A stretch of 64,000 nucleotides of DNA. Origin: Catajapyx aquilonaris (Eukaryota). Under the pieces are notes generated by a model, which was given only the letters and a program-made list of their open reading frames with translations, was not told the DNA's origin and did no database searches. Of this stretch, positions 41,366 to 54,759 are shown one piece after another; position 1 is the first letter of the stretch, and each line of letters opens with the position of its first letter. The translations under genes and the position numbers were made by a program. Location of the stretch: NCBI GenBank assembly GCA_000934665.2, contig KZ538071.1:1-64000 (forward strand), written 5' to 3'.

Positions 41366-41560
41366 GGTAGCTTAATATAAAAGGCTCCGCTAGGCGGGGA
41401 ATTTGGCGAGGGCGCGCCTCCAGACGTCCGAGGAAAGAACGGTTTGGATTGGTTACGAATGCGGCCAACCCGAACCGACCCCCCAGTAGTCGGCTGTGGC
41501 CTGTGGGGGGGCGCCAGCGTCAAATTCCCCGCCTAGCGGAGACTTTTATATTAAACGACC
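41366..41560. mobile_element. Small hairpin MITE
   Basis: ttaatataaaaggctccgctaggcggggaatttg / caaattccccgcctagcggagacttttatattaa. Confidence 0.6.
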
Positions 41561-41869
41561 TTCAACTCGGCTAAGATGGGTGAGGAGCTGGTCATGCCGA
41601 TGTATCAACAATCAAGCTTAAGATAATTATAATCAACGCCCACCTGAAAAGAGGACCCCCCCCCCCCCCAAAAAAAAAAAAAAAAAAAAGTAGTGAACGC
41701 CACGTGATCGCCACGGATCGCCATATGCACCTGGCCACCCTGCCTCTCAGAGCTGAGAGTCCTCTAGGCAGGGAAAGAGGAGACATTTAAATTCCCAACC
41801 ATTTTCCAACTCGTTCCAATTGTCCGACTTCGCTCAGGGAAGATTCTTGCTCACCGATTCTCCACCAAC

Positions 41870-42724
41870 ATGGGTGCAATACTGACTACACGCCTGCGAA
41901 CACGCCTGACTGCACGCCTGACTACAGTCTGGACCGTTGTCTGGACCGTTGTCTGGACTTATTTTCAGAGTGAGTAACAACTAATTTCATGCTGCAAGGA
42001 TTTTGAGAAGGGAGGGAGGGAGGAGGAGGAGGAGGATATAAAAGCACAATCCAAGCTTGGTGTGTGTTCCATTCCTTGCCATGTTAAGCAGGGACAGAGT
42101 ATTCTCACTTGAATTACTCACCAAATTGAACATATGCATCTCTAAATAGCTGGGGGAAGAAATTAAATTTGTGTAATGGTGTGCAGCAGTGATTGTATGC
42201 CTGACTTGCGCTCATGCATGCAAGATTATTCTATCTAATTATTATTACTATTTATATTAGATGTCGGAAGGCAGTTCTGGTACTCTGAGAACAACGTATT
42301 CAGGAACTACCCCCAGATGTCATTGATACTGGAAATGCTGTTGTACATTGGCATATGGACCTCAGTAGTAGTGCTCGTCATGCTTGCCTCCCTCATGTTC
42401 GTGAAGTTCTTCTGGCTGCCTTATCCCTGGTTCAACATAGTCATTGAGACTTTGCTTGTAATCGCCTTCGACTTCCTCGAGATCAGCCGGTTGTACCTCG
42501 GAATAGTGGGGAACTTGGAAGGTCGGCTGCTCCCATCGGCCATCTCGATGGCACTGACACTTCCATCCCTTGTGGCAATCCTGTATTGGATGTTGTGGCA
42601 GACCTATGTACTGCAGATTGAAATTATGATGTTTGTAATCTTGATCTTTGTGCAAGGAACACAACTACTGTTTTCTGCCGTGTGCCTGTGCTTTTTGTAT
42701 ACTGACTTTATGATGACTAAATAG
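41870..42724 (+). CDS. TMEM216: TMEM216-like ciliary transition-zone membrane protein (Transmemb_17 family), 2 exons 41870-41969 and 42261-42724, ~187 aa
   Basis: Four hydrophobic helices with motifs LPYP, LEISRLYLG-x-x-GNL, ALTLPS and QTYVLQIE; ccaacATGG start; gtgagt donor and tattag acceptor in phase 1. Confidence 0.85.
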
Positions 42725-43015
42725 GTTTGCAAGAAATTAGAAATAAACATACTGATACTGGCACACAACAAATGTGATTTTCAAAGTTGATGTTTTGGGA
42801 TTAAATAAATTGCCATTATTTCCATGCCATGCCATGTATGTACCACCATATAAGTACAAATGATGAATAAATAGGTTTGCAAGAAATTAGAAATAAGCAT
42901 ACTGATACTGGCACACAACAAATGTGATTTTCAAAGTTGATGTTTTGGAATTAAATAAATTGCCATTATTTCCATGCCATGTATGTACCACCATATAAGT
43001 ACAAATAAATGGTGA
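42718..43015. repeat. ~150-bp tandem duplication covering the TMEM216 stop codon and 3'UTR
   Basis: aaataggtttgcaagaaattagaaat... occurs at ~42719 and ~42868. Confidence 0.8.
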
Positions 43016-43600
43016 ATAAGGAGCTGCTCCTGTCATTGTGTGAATATGAGATTAGACTTTTAATGTTGCAGGTTGTTGCCTTCTTCAAGGCAGCATTTAT
43101 TCTCTGGTTACAGCAAATTATAGAAAAAAATGGCAACAAACACAAGTATGGAAACTGCAACTGAGCCAGTTGCCTACTCCCATGGAGTCCTTAAATGAGG
43201 CGCGATAAAATTATTGCTAGTCCCTGATGAACTGTCATTATTATGACAAATGCATTCAGCAGTTCCACATTGTTCAATAGTATAGATTTATAGAAAATAA
43301 ACAGTTGTCCCGCTGCAGAACATAGAGTGACAAAGCAAGATGCAGTCAAATGTAAAAAGAGGTCACTGTAGCATAAAATGGGCTGAATGTCCAAACCTGC
43401 CTTGTAGGAAAAGAGATGCAGATGTATGTGACAAGACATGAAAACAAATTTAAAAATTCTCCTCTCTCTTCTCTCCCTCTCTCTCCTCTCCCCCCAGATA
43501 ATTTGCACTGATGACGTATGGTACTGGAAAAATAGTTATCCTTGCCAATTTGATGTGAAGCTATCAAATGCCATGTATGCGCATAGGATTATAACATTAA

Positions 43601-43667
<67 letters not shown>

Positions 43668-45206
43668 GGGTAGTACGGACCTCCCAACTCAGGAGGTAAT
43701 TCGGACCATTACTTTTCTTTTTAGGCCTGTGTACAATGTGTAGGCTACATAAAACCTTCTTGTGAATTTCCTGGGTCTGCAGGCAGGGTGACTGGGAGGG
43801 AGTGTGCAAGGTGCAAGTGCAATGTCTGTAACAGTGTATGCAAAAGTCGCATTGATTAGGTAAGAACGGGTAAGAACTACTTCTCAGGGCTTACTGTAGC
43901 GTGCAGTTCTACACAATTTGTGCAGTCAGAAAATAGCAGACAAGTCTGTTATATCCAGACTCAACTGCACTTGTACATTGGCACTGCTGGAAATATTCTA
44001 CTTGCTTATACCAAGAGCTAATAACTCTTGCTTATACCCGATGTGTTTACAGTATAGGAGGATTCCACTGTACTTTGTCAGTTATTACATTCACCTAATC
44101 TTATTGTGTGACCTTGAACCCCCAAGAAATTCCCGCCTGCGGCGGGCTTGTTGGCTGTAGGGGGGCTGCATGATATCTGGAATTACTTTCCAAGGGGTCC
44201 CGATGTGGCAAAGGTTGAGAACCATGCCATGCATGTCCAGGACACCCTACCTGTGCCGAAATCCCCCAATGGCACAGCTCAACCAATTATCAGCAGACAG
44301 ATTTGCAAGAATTGCCATAAATTGCTATGTGTCACCAACACTAGTTTAGATAATGAAGGCTTTCGATTCTAAGCTTAACAAGTCCCTCACAAGTGGATGA
44401 AAGCAACAATGATAGCCACTATTACTGACACTTCATGGTTTATGCTTTATCAGCAGTGTCAAAAAAATGGCCTTCAGTTGGGAGCAATATCTTAGGTGAT
44501 TACCTAGTGTGAAAACTGAAATACACTGCATTTTACTTATTCTTTTTAAACCAATTGGGTTGTGCACCTCAAATTCATCATCGTAGAAATGAAGAACTGT
44601 CGTAATAACATTCCCTTGCCCAGGTCCAGAACAAAATTAATGTCTTTCATACAAACTCCCATCTGCTCCCATCCCTACCTTTATGGTTTATGCGAAGCCC
44701 CAGAACCAAGCAATACCTCCTCTTGGACATCCTTTATGAGAACATAGTAAATCTTCCCATGCTGTTTCATCATGTTCCTCAGGTGCTATGAAATAGGTTA
44801 TCCAGACAGTACTTCTAAGGGTATGTCCTTCTCCTACTTGGCTTTATTATTTTTCCCAGTTTATGTGTGCATTATGAGAACACACATTCTCTGCATGTAT
44901 TAGTTGCAAGTAGCCTTTCATTATGGATGTATACTGATGCTTTTTCTTCTGGCAGCAAAAGTATCACCCATAGCATCAGCCAAGCGCTGAAGGTTTGATT
45001 GAGTAGGCAACATGGATTTCATCAGGGCAATCTGTATGTAGCAACAGAAAAGGGTGTTATATATATTATACAATAGAATTTGTGATATGCAGCAGTGTGT
45101 CCAAACCTATATGAGAATTTCAGGTATCAGAATTTTTCCATTGAGTTGGGATACACTGTTATATGATTTTATCATCATGGCAACTAAATTTAGTTCCATA
45201 TATATA

Positions 45207-45629
45207 CAGGGTGTATCTGAACTCAGTGCCCCGGCGTATATGACTGCCTTCCTAGCCACCAGAGGATCGATTTAAGTATAGGAGTCATATGTCTGGGCAG
45301 CCTCATTACTGAGATACACTCTTTAGCGATTTTTGCCTAATCGCTCCTTCTGACTGTTAAATAGAATTTTCTGGTGTAACTAGCCAAAAAGGCCTTACCA
45401 CCTGTGGGCAACAAACCAACAAAGTCCGGCCCCCAGACCTTCCAGAGCCTTCTGACTGGGGAGGGTTCGATGGGTAGCCTAACCGACAGGATATTTTGTA
45501 CTACATGTTTGCGGCCAATTATCTCCGTAATGCGGCGGCCAAACATAATGACTCCTATACTTAAATCGATCCTCTGGTGGCTAGGAAGGCAGTCATATAT
45601 GTCGGGGCACTGAGTTCAGATACACCCTG
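45207..45629. mobile_element. Tc1/mariner MITE in a (TA)n site
   Basis: cagggtgtatctgaactcagtgcccc ... ggggcactgagttcagatacaccctg; ~80-bp TIRs. Confidence 0.85.
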
Positions 45630-48049
45630 TATATATATACGAGTAGGTAATACAGAAAAATTAGCACGTGTTTAGTAATGTATATAAATTATTATAACAC
45701 CGTATACCATCAGGATAATGTTTACTTGAACCAACAAGCATGGTTTATGTTAATTAAATATGTGTATTTATATAGCCAAGCACCCAACTTGAAAACAGAC
45801 AAATTCCAAAATTAGTATATACAGTTTCCATACCTGTTCTTCCTGAGATGATGATTCCTTGTCATCAGGTTCATCGTCAATTTCTTCAGACTGTGTTGAT
45901 GTGCTTGTTGGTTTAGATTTCATGGTCCTTTTCTTGTTCTTCTTTTTTGATGGCGTCAGTTGCTCCCTCATCCTCTTAAGGCGCCATTCAATGAAGCCCT
46001 TTCCCGACTTTTTATCATAAAGATGCTCCTGCAAGTAAATTTTAAAAGAGAATGTACATACAACGAAGCATATATATATATACTGAAATAAACAAGACCA
46101 GCATATAAATATATTAATGGTGCACCATTTTCCTGTAGTAATTAAAGAAAATTGAGCACATAAACTTACATGGCCATGGATCCCTGGCCGAAGTTTCAGT
46201 CTAAGGGATGAAAACCTGTCTGTTAAGGCGATGGCCAGTGCCTCTTTTTCCAGCTCAGCTTTGGGATAACTGTAAATAGGTTTTCAAAAATTAATGAAAC
46301 TTGATTGCACAGGAGTGTCAAAAAGTATTGTATATACTTACTGATGGCCAATTCGACGCACCAAATACCCACAAGAAATTCTAACCAAAGTTTTCCTTTC
46401 CTTCGGACTTAAAATTCCACCTTCTCGTAATTTAGACAGAAGTCTACGCCCACTGGCTTCCTCTTTCAGGATATCTTCTACACAAATTTCCTAGCTAGAC
46501 ATTAAACATATTTATAAGACATTTTTGCTTTGAAAATGTAACTTCCACATGGTGCCCATAATCAGATTTAATGCAGACAAGCTGACTTGCTGGGGCATAT
46601 CCCCCCCAACAGGCACAGTGAAACTCATTTTCATTATAGTTTCTCTTGTTAGGCTAAATAAGGATTATTTAGTCACAAGTGTCATAATCGAGCTATTGAT
46701 GTTTTTGTGCAACGGAGTTGGCTTGCAACTTTCTTATCATCTCGTCTTTTTTCTTATCATAGAAGGTAACTCAATATTAATCCTGCTTGGTGCAACAATT
46801 TTCCATCCAGTGAATTAGTATACCAGACCTTAGGAGCAACAGAAGAGGTACTTGAAGTCTCCATCAGGCTACTGCCTTCCTCCAAACGCACCATTGATGA
46901 ATTCTACAGTTGGAAAAAAATCTCTTCAGGAGATATATGTTAATATAATACAGCACACTTACATGCATACACACTCACAATTGAAGCATCAGAAGCAGGT
47001 GAAGTTCTGCAGCAGTTGAACCACTTGCATTTTGTGAAGTTGTGTATGAATCAATGATGTCCTGAATGATTTATTTGTGGCCTATTTTCATATTCATGTC
47101 TTTCAAGTCTTGCTCATTCAATTTTACGAAGCCTGAACCATCAAGTTCTTCATCTGAAAATCATCAGAAATTTATCAGACCTGTTATTGCATCCTGACAC
47201 CCAACATGCTGTTCGCATCTGACATTTTCAGGCGACAAATACCGTTAGTATACGTACTTCAATTGCAAAAAAATAAATAAAATCAAAATCAAAATCAAGA
47301 AAAAAGAGAACGGCGGAACATTGCTTATCTGACATATTAACTTTACCGTGAACTACAACTTCCTTTTTATCAGATTTCACAATATTTAACTGTGGGGGGC
47401 TATACGGCGGACAAAAAGCATGTTTGCCGTCCTTTACTCCAAATCAACATGATGTCATGGTGTCAGATAAACGACACTGCTTACGTGACCGGCCCACTTC
47501 CTGGTACTGAAAGTTTACAAACATGTCCTTCTCGAGTTGGAGTTGTTCGACATAATTCGACATGCCCAAGGCGCTGATCGTGCCATTCTTAGGCGATGAT
47601 GAAAATTATTATGCGACACCGAAAAATCAATCCTGGAAGGCATACTTTCGTCAATGTGTCAGACATATTGAATCCGCCACCTTGAATATGTCCATTTTGC
47701 AAACAGATTTTAAATCTATGTCCTATAGAAAACCGCTTTACAAAATAAATCAAAATAATGATAAGTTGCTATTTTCCCCAGCCATTTTGCAATCCGACAC
47801 ACGGTACAAATGCCCAAAACATTTAGTGAACACATTTCACTCTGTGAGTAATGTCAGAAAAATTATATATCATTCTTTGGATAAAGGTACAGTATAACCT
47901 TCCCCCACTCTTCCATTTTGTTATTTTTTTTTCCAAAGTATATACATACCCATATTAAATAATGACATGTCTCATGCTGATGTACTTCTGGCCAGTATAA
48001 TCGATCCAGGTATCATAAGGATGTTGATCAGGCAGTGACCCAGGGGTTA

Positions 48050-50580
48050 TTAATGCAATCTGATCCATAAGGTTAGGCTGCGGTAGTGCGTGATATGCAT
48101 GATATGATATGTATTCAGGTTGTGAGTCTCCCATTTTTGGGTTACCAAATAAGTTGTAGTATCATTAACAGTGACAATTTCTCTGATTTCTTCGAAAATG
48201 GGGTAGCCTCTCTCTGTTTTGCTCTCTGACTTCGTACAAACAAAACATCCCACTCGATAATGTATGCCTTTGTAGCTAATTTCATTGCTCATGAACACAC
48301 CAGTGTCATTTTCAGCAAGGCCCTGCAAGACCAGTGCTTTGCATGCCTGTGATGCCTGCACTCTCGTACACTTACCGGATGAACTGACTATAGTTTTAGG
48401 TATCCCAGAATTCCATTTTTCACACTGATACATCTGATGCCGCCATGCCATAGTTTTAGCAATGTCACACCACTTATAACTTTTAAAAAACTGTGTTTGG
48501 CTTCGTATCGCATACACCAGCACATCCTCACCATTGGACCAAATTTGGCCATAAACTGTGGGTAATGCAATAAATGATGTTTGTTTATTGGACTCACCTC
48601 TGGAAATAACTTCTTGAAGAGAAGGTGATGTTCAATAATGAGTTCATTGACGTATGCCAATAAGCCGTGAGACACAGTTGGAGCCATTATAATTTCACTT
48701 ATTTGTAAGAGAAGGACAAGAAGTTCAATGTAGGAGTTGTGAGGCACTTTTTCTGCAAGTATGAATGGCAATACCCGTAGTAAACACCACGTCTGCATCG
48801 GTTTTTGTTTTAATGTATGATCACCTATGTTATTAAACATTGCCAAAGTGAAATTTGCTGAAGGCTTGTTCTTCCGCTCCACAAATCCATACTGAAAGGA
48901 ATGAATTCGGCCATTCAGATATGCAACATTCATCAAACGTTCTTGGCATACTACAAAGTTTAAGATTAGCTTCATTTCCATCGGCGCAACACCCTCAAAA
49001 AAGTCATGCATCCAGGGATGGAAAAAGAACCGCTTCTTTGGGCGGTAAGCGGTTCTTTTTCTATCCCTGCACATGGAAAAAAGAAGCGCTTCTTGGAAGG
49101 AAGCGGTACTTTTTCCATCCCTGCATGCATCACATCGAATGCACAGTTCTCAGTGCAATGAAAATACTTCAATTCATTAAGCACAGTTTTGCCTTGGACT
49201 CCAGTTTTAGTTTGATCTGCTCTGCTTCGTCCCGCAGATTGAACATGTTGTTCATGTAAATCTTTACTTCGTAATTGGATGTCGTTTTGCAGATCATGGC
49301 CATTCTGAAGCTGCGATCTTGTGATCATACATGAACGGCAGAATCTATTTGCTGACGGGGAGAGAAACCCACACATTGAGTGGGCAGCAAGACCATCTGC
49401 ACAGAGAACTGTAATGGCACCCTGCAACTTGCGTGGTTGGCCTTCAAAATCAACAATTACTCCTGATTCTGACTCTAATAATTTCAAGTCCTTCACAATA
49501 GGCGCCAAGATCTGATCAAAACCATATCGGTTAATATCCTCCACATGACAAATGGCCACTACATGTATGAATGACAGTGATGCATTTAAGTATGCTGGTA
49601 TATTTTGCACTGTCATGTACACCACCCCTAATTTGTGCACTTTTGTCTTTGATCCGACGGGATTAACAACTTCTAGATCATCATAATACAACTGCAGTTG
49701 CAAGGCATTGCAATTCACCGAAAATAATTCATATGTTGAACAATGATGAGAATCAAAATATGAACGAATTAGGCCATCCTGGCTTTTTCTTTCAGACATC
49801 ATGGCTTGCCGGATAAATTTGGAAGAAATCACCATTTTTAGAGTCTCAATTATTGGTATGTATTGAAAGGTGTCAGGAACAGCCTTGGGTAAATACTGAC
49901 CAGTAGCTGCGTCAAACCTTTGATCCAGCCTTTTTCCAAGCATAATTTCTCTTGGTTCAATAAGGGAAAAATTATCTCGAAAATATGCCCTCTGTTTTGC
50001 AATACTCCTCAGTTCGAGAAATGGGCTGGGGACATTAAACAATGCTTCAACATCTTTAATTTTTCCGGAACTTAAATCCGTTCCACGACTTAAACATGAC
50101 AATACTTTAATTTTCAATTTATCCTGAACGTCACTTATCAGAATCTCGAATCCATCAACAACATCACTTACTGCAGCGTGAGTCATAGACCCCCTTGACA
50201 TAAGCCTCAGAATCATTCTCGCTACACTATCTTCTAAATTTGGGACATTAACTTGCTCTACGTGTAAAAGAGATTCATCGCTATTGTCATCTTCATAATT
50301 CGTAGCTTCAACAGCCTGACACTGGTCAGAATTTTCGAGTGACACAATCCTATCACACAATGTTTCTTCATGATCGGTGTATGGGGTGTGGGGTGTGGCA
50401 CTTTGCTATATGTCTGCAATAGCTTCTAAACAAAGCGAATGACTGCATGCATCCATGTTGCCCACATATTAATTGCTGAGATGACCCCAAACAAAATGCA
50501 TGGATACTGCGGAAGTGCTTTTTCAAATCCTCAATACCTCCCTTAACTTTCCGATTGCACCTGAAGCAATTGTACGCCAT
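48050..50580 (-). pseudogene. CMC/EnSpm-type DDE transposase with N-terminal C2H2 zinc fingers, frameshifted
   Basis: CFRC..H..H and CGQHGC..H..H fingers; LQLYYDDLEVVNPVG, DGLAAHSMCGF, CRSC, DVMHDFFEGV, KHHLLHYP..GP, WCMRYEAKH motifs. Frameshifts near 50365 and 48500, plus a MITE insertion. Confidence 0.85.
49013..49123. mobile_element. 111-bp hAT-type MITE inserted in the transposase
   Basis: TIR cagggatggaaaaag / ctttttccatccctg; 8-bp TSD catgcatc (49005-49012, 49124-49131). Confidence 0.85.
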
Positions 50581-52585
50581 TCTGAGACTCAAAATAGGAA
50601 GGCAAGGATGGGATCAGATTGCATAATTTACGCTGCGTTCATCTCGCAAGCCTTTCAGAAAATAAAGACCATTATGTTATTGTTCAATGCCATATATTAT
50701 ACATAGACCGCCTCACTGCAACAATGCCACATTACTACGTATTAACGTAACTTACATTTGATCTTCTCTATTGCTTCCGCCGGCACCGCCTTTTCCTGCA
50801 GGTATGCAGGTAGCTCCTCTTTGGTTAGCGTGCGGAGGTCCTTTTCCATTGTTTCCATGTCGTCCGAAGACAACACCGGTTCAAACAACCCACCGTCACT
50901 CGGCACAGATTCAATACACTCGCGGGATCGATTAAATTAAACTGAGCAAAAGTCGAAACTCACAAAAGATTATATTAAGTTCAGTATATTACACTATGCT
51001 GATTATGCTAGTGAGGTTGGAGAAACAATGGTGCGTTGACCGTTGTGCTTTGCGTACGTGGGAGGTGTTGAGTCAGGATGGGGGAGGGAGGGGGGGAGAC
51101 GAGGGATGTCGTGTCTACAGGTGGGGAGGCCAATGATAAGGTACGGAGTTGGGCGCGGGGAAAACCCTGGAGTATGTGGCCGGGATCCTCCCCCTCGATC
51201 GGAGTGGCCGTGACCCTGGCTCGGATTGCGAGCTGTTTTCACCCGCATAAGAATCTGATATCACTCTCAACAAGCGTCTTGTTGGGAAAAACAGCTCTAA
51301 AAAAGTCACTAGGGCCACAGCTCTTTTTTCGAGTCGCATTTCCGCTCTTAAGAATTTAGAGAGTAGGCTATATTAAATTTATTTTTGGGCACTGGTAAAT
51401 TTTCAATGATTTTGTCAGTAGGATTGTTTGCAGCAGGAAAGCAGAGATTCCTAGGTAATGTGATGTACCTGAACATGCATTGTTAATATTGGTAAGACAA
51501 GTCTTTCAGTAGCTAATCTTTTTTAAATTACATCTATTGAGAATTCATTATCTGAGTTACAAGTGATATTATGGAAACCACTGCCTAATAATTACAGATG
51601 TAACAGTCCAGTCAGCTGGTAACAAGTTAAGAGCACTTCAATGACGACAAGGTAAATCAATAATTCCAGTGACACACATATGACACCTCTTCGTAGGGAG
51701 ATAGCCCGGCAGTATCTTACAAATGTTGCCTAGGGAGCAGAATATGAGCATGATGATCATCACTGCAAGCTCTACACTACAGACGAGACATGCCATCAAC
51801 TGCCAGAATTATCACTTCTAGGCACCATGTGGTAAGATCGCTTACCATGAACTGCTACACCTGATGAGCACTCAAAAATCCAATCCATGCAGTGGCACGA
51901 ATCTCTTCGTATGCCACAATTCGTGCGAGATGTTCTAAATATGCCTCTTTGGTCACTGAGGTCTCAAACACTAACTATTTACATGCCCCCCCCCCCCNNN
52001 NNNNNNNNNNNNNNNNNNNNNNCCCCCCCCCCACACACACACACACACACGAAATCGAGTGGAGTGAGGTCAGACGAATGAGGGCCCATTTAATCCCCCT
52101 GTCACCAATGATCCTCTGGAGGTGTATAGATTCTAGCAACTAACCAAAATGTGCTTGCATCTGTGCTATCACATTTTCTGTGTATCTCCAGCAGCTCCTG
52201 TAAGGTGTGCTCTAGAAACTCCTTGTACAATGGAGACTTCAGGCGAGGTGGTATAGACAGTACAGTATAGGCTAATTAACCTGGTCATCGCTCACCGTGT
52301 CGCCTACTATGCCAGTAGGCACACGCCATGGTCGAGGAGTGTGTGTACTGTACACACTCCAGTGGCAAGTTGCTCCTGGTGGCACTGATAGCAAGAATGA
52401 ATACCGGTATTATCAATCCAAGTAAAATGCATTTTGGCAGAAGCTGACTGTCAAATGCACCTAACACAGATAATGCCTAGTTGCATACACAGAAAATGGG
52501 TCATTATCAAGGAGAGGTTGAGTGCAAGGCATAAGGCCGAACTTGTGTGGATGGATGCAAACCTTCAAGGATATGCTATACTAAC

Positions 52586-53121
52586 AAGGGACCTTTCCTG
52601 GGGTGATATTAAATAACAGATTGGGATGAAACTGAATATGCTAATGAAGGGCAATATAATATGATAACCAAAAATTAAGTCATTTCGTGCTATGGCCCAT
52701 ATTTGCAAAAGTTCACTTTTTAATGAATGGTTTATACAGAAACAAATATTGCAATGTGCACAACAAAAGAAGCTCATCTCACTACCTGTAGCACACTTGT
52801 CACTCGCTAAGTTGTCCAAAAAACACTCTATTGGTGTGATGAATGGAGCATTTGATTATGGAAAGTATCCACAAGAGTAAAATCCATATTTGTTCATTTC
52901 ACGGAACATTGGCGGAGAACACAGAAAGTTGGTAAATGCTTGAATAATAATGAAGTTAACCCTGTTGGAAATGTACTATTTTTGGCTCTTTAACATGTCA
53001 TAACTTTTGAAAATATGGGCCATATCACGAAATAGCATAATTTTTGGTTATCATATATTGTCCTTTATTAGCATATTCAGTTTCATCCTAATCTGTTATT
53101 ATCACCCGGGAAAGGTCCCTT
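52586..53121. mobile_element. MITE with ~130-bp TIRs
   Basis: aagggacctttcctggggtgata ... tatcacccgggaaaggtccctt. Confidence 0.7.
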
Positions 53122-54759
53122 GTAAGTACAAAAAGCCCATTGCCATTAACTATATGTTGCGGATCACAAGCACACACATAATATAAACCTCTGGCTTGCA
53201 CCGGATCACCATTAAAGTTTGTTGGTGTCTTTCTGAAACTCCCTGTGTGTAAGTGAGTCACTTTGTTCAGCAAATCTTTGTGTGTTGCACAGGTTTAAGT
53301 TCCATGCATACTGAAAATTATTGGCCAGAACCCAGAACTAAACAAAAGTTCCGCAGTGGACAAGTTTCCCCTGCTTCCATGGTGCCTTAGAGACAGGTTT
53401 CACTGTATACTGGTACAATACAAACATGATGATGAGATCGACGAAGAGTAATTCACTGGCTGCACAACCCTGCTTCTAGGAAAAATTTGTGGAGAGGCTG
53501 AATATAGCAAAGCTATACAGCATACCATTTTTGTGGATATAGTGCCTTACTTCATGAGATTATGAGGAAGTGGGTCACTGACAATCTCCATGATATTCAC
53601 AAAGGGAGACTACACTGTCTTGAAGAAAATGGGTATGTGGACTAGTGTGCAATTTCCTGGCACCAAATATTGAAACATTGTTTTTCCAATGAGAGTGAAT
53701 ACAAATAGGTGCTTGAAAATTTTGGATGACTCAGAACTTCCAGAACTAATGTGGTACAGTATAAGGCATGTCTGGTAAAATTAAGAGAGTGAATGTATCT
53801 TCTCTGAAAACCATGACAATTTTGAAAGCATTGAAGCAAGCAGAGCACCATATTATATTTCTTATGGGATCACCTGAACGTCAAGGTGTCAACTAACAAA
53901 CGTGTGACAATATTGAATACCGGTATCTGATAGAGAACATCAGTTGTGAGATGGTAATAATTTCCTGTCAATTGGCTGTCATATACAGTATACAATTTCA
54001 ACTTAGCCATGCTGTAGTTTCCTACAATGCATGAATAGACTTGACTTCATTTTCTCTCTCAAATATGAGCAACTACAAGACCAGCAAAGTACTATTTGCT
54101 ACGTATATGGACTTAACGTTTTCATTTGTTATGTCTACAAGCTAGCCCACATTTTGTGTCAAACACATTATCCTTGGGTAGCAGCATCTGCATATAGTCC
54201 AATCCTGTAACATTTTCTACATTAATATAACTCTGGTGTTGCCTTCAACAATATACTGGAAGGTTGTGTGGCATATTAATCTGATACAAATAAGTAACAT
54301 ATGAAAACGCAATGATTTTATTTGCTTTGGAACAGCAAAGCAATCATTACAATAATGAATAATACACTGGAGGATGTCTGGCTCCTGCTCTCTGATTCAA
54401 CAGAACTAAAGCCCAAAACCCATTCAATTTCTTGAAAACTTAACAAAAATAAGAATAATAATAATATCTTAATTGCACGTATAAAAAGTGGATTCAAATA
54501 CGAGGCAGGGAAAAGTGGGGAGAGGGAGGGAGTATAATTTTTCATACACTAAAAACATCACAATGCAAAAAGTAGCACACAACTCACTCACTGACAAACT
54601 GAATATGATAAAAAAAGAACTACTCTTCAATTTGTCTCCTCAGCAGCACTGATCCCTTTGGCAGGAATGGTATAATAATTGGTGTGGTGGCCAAGAAGAG
54701 AGATAATAATTAATGGGTACTAATCATACATAAACTGGAGCACCTCTTGCTAATAAAAT

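Larger units (their letters stand above)
45834..50858 (-). pseudogene. Transposon accessory SAM-domain gene; exons 50858-50756, 47153-46979, 46903-46829, 46490-46342, 46269-46170, 46028-45834, with further decayed exons possible toward ~44400
   Basis: Exon1+2 join gives LTKEELPAYLQEKAVPAEAIEKIKYEELDGSGFVKLNEQDLKDMNMKIGHK*II, which fits the SAM consensus (IDG-x-x-L-x-x-LTEEDLKELG...GH). Canonical splice sites; premature TAA at 47071-47073 and one frameshift in exon 2. Confidence 0.7.
43830..51365 (-). mobile_element. Decayed CMC (EnSpm/CACTA-Mirage-Chapaev) superfamily DNA transposon with two genes; ends approximate
   Basis: Contains a transposase pseudogene and a SAM-domain gene; paired TIRs were not confidently found. 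Confidence 0.7.

Noticed and set aside
43438..43809. Poly-Tyr / poly-Ile ORFs
   Set aside because: Translations of an (ATT)n microsatellite.
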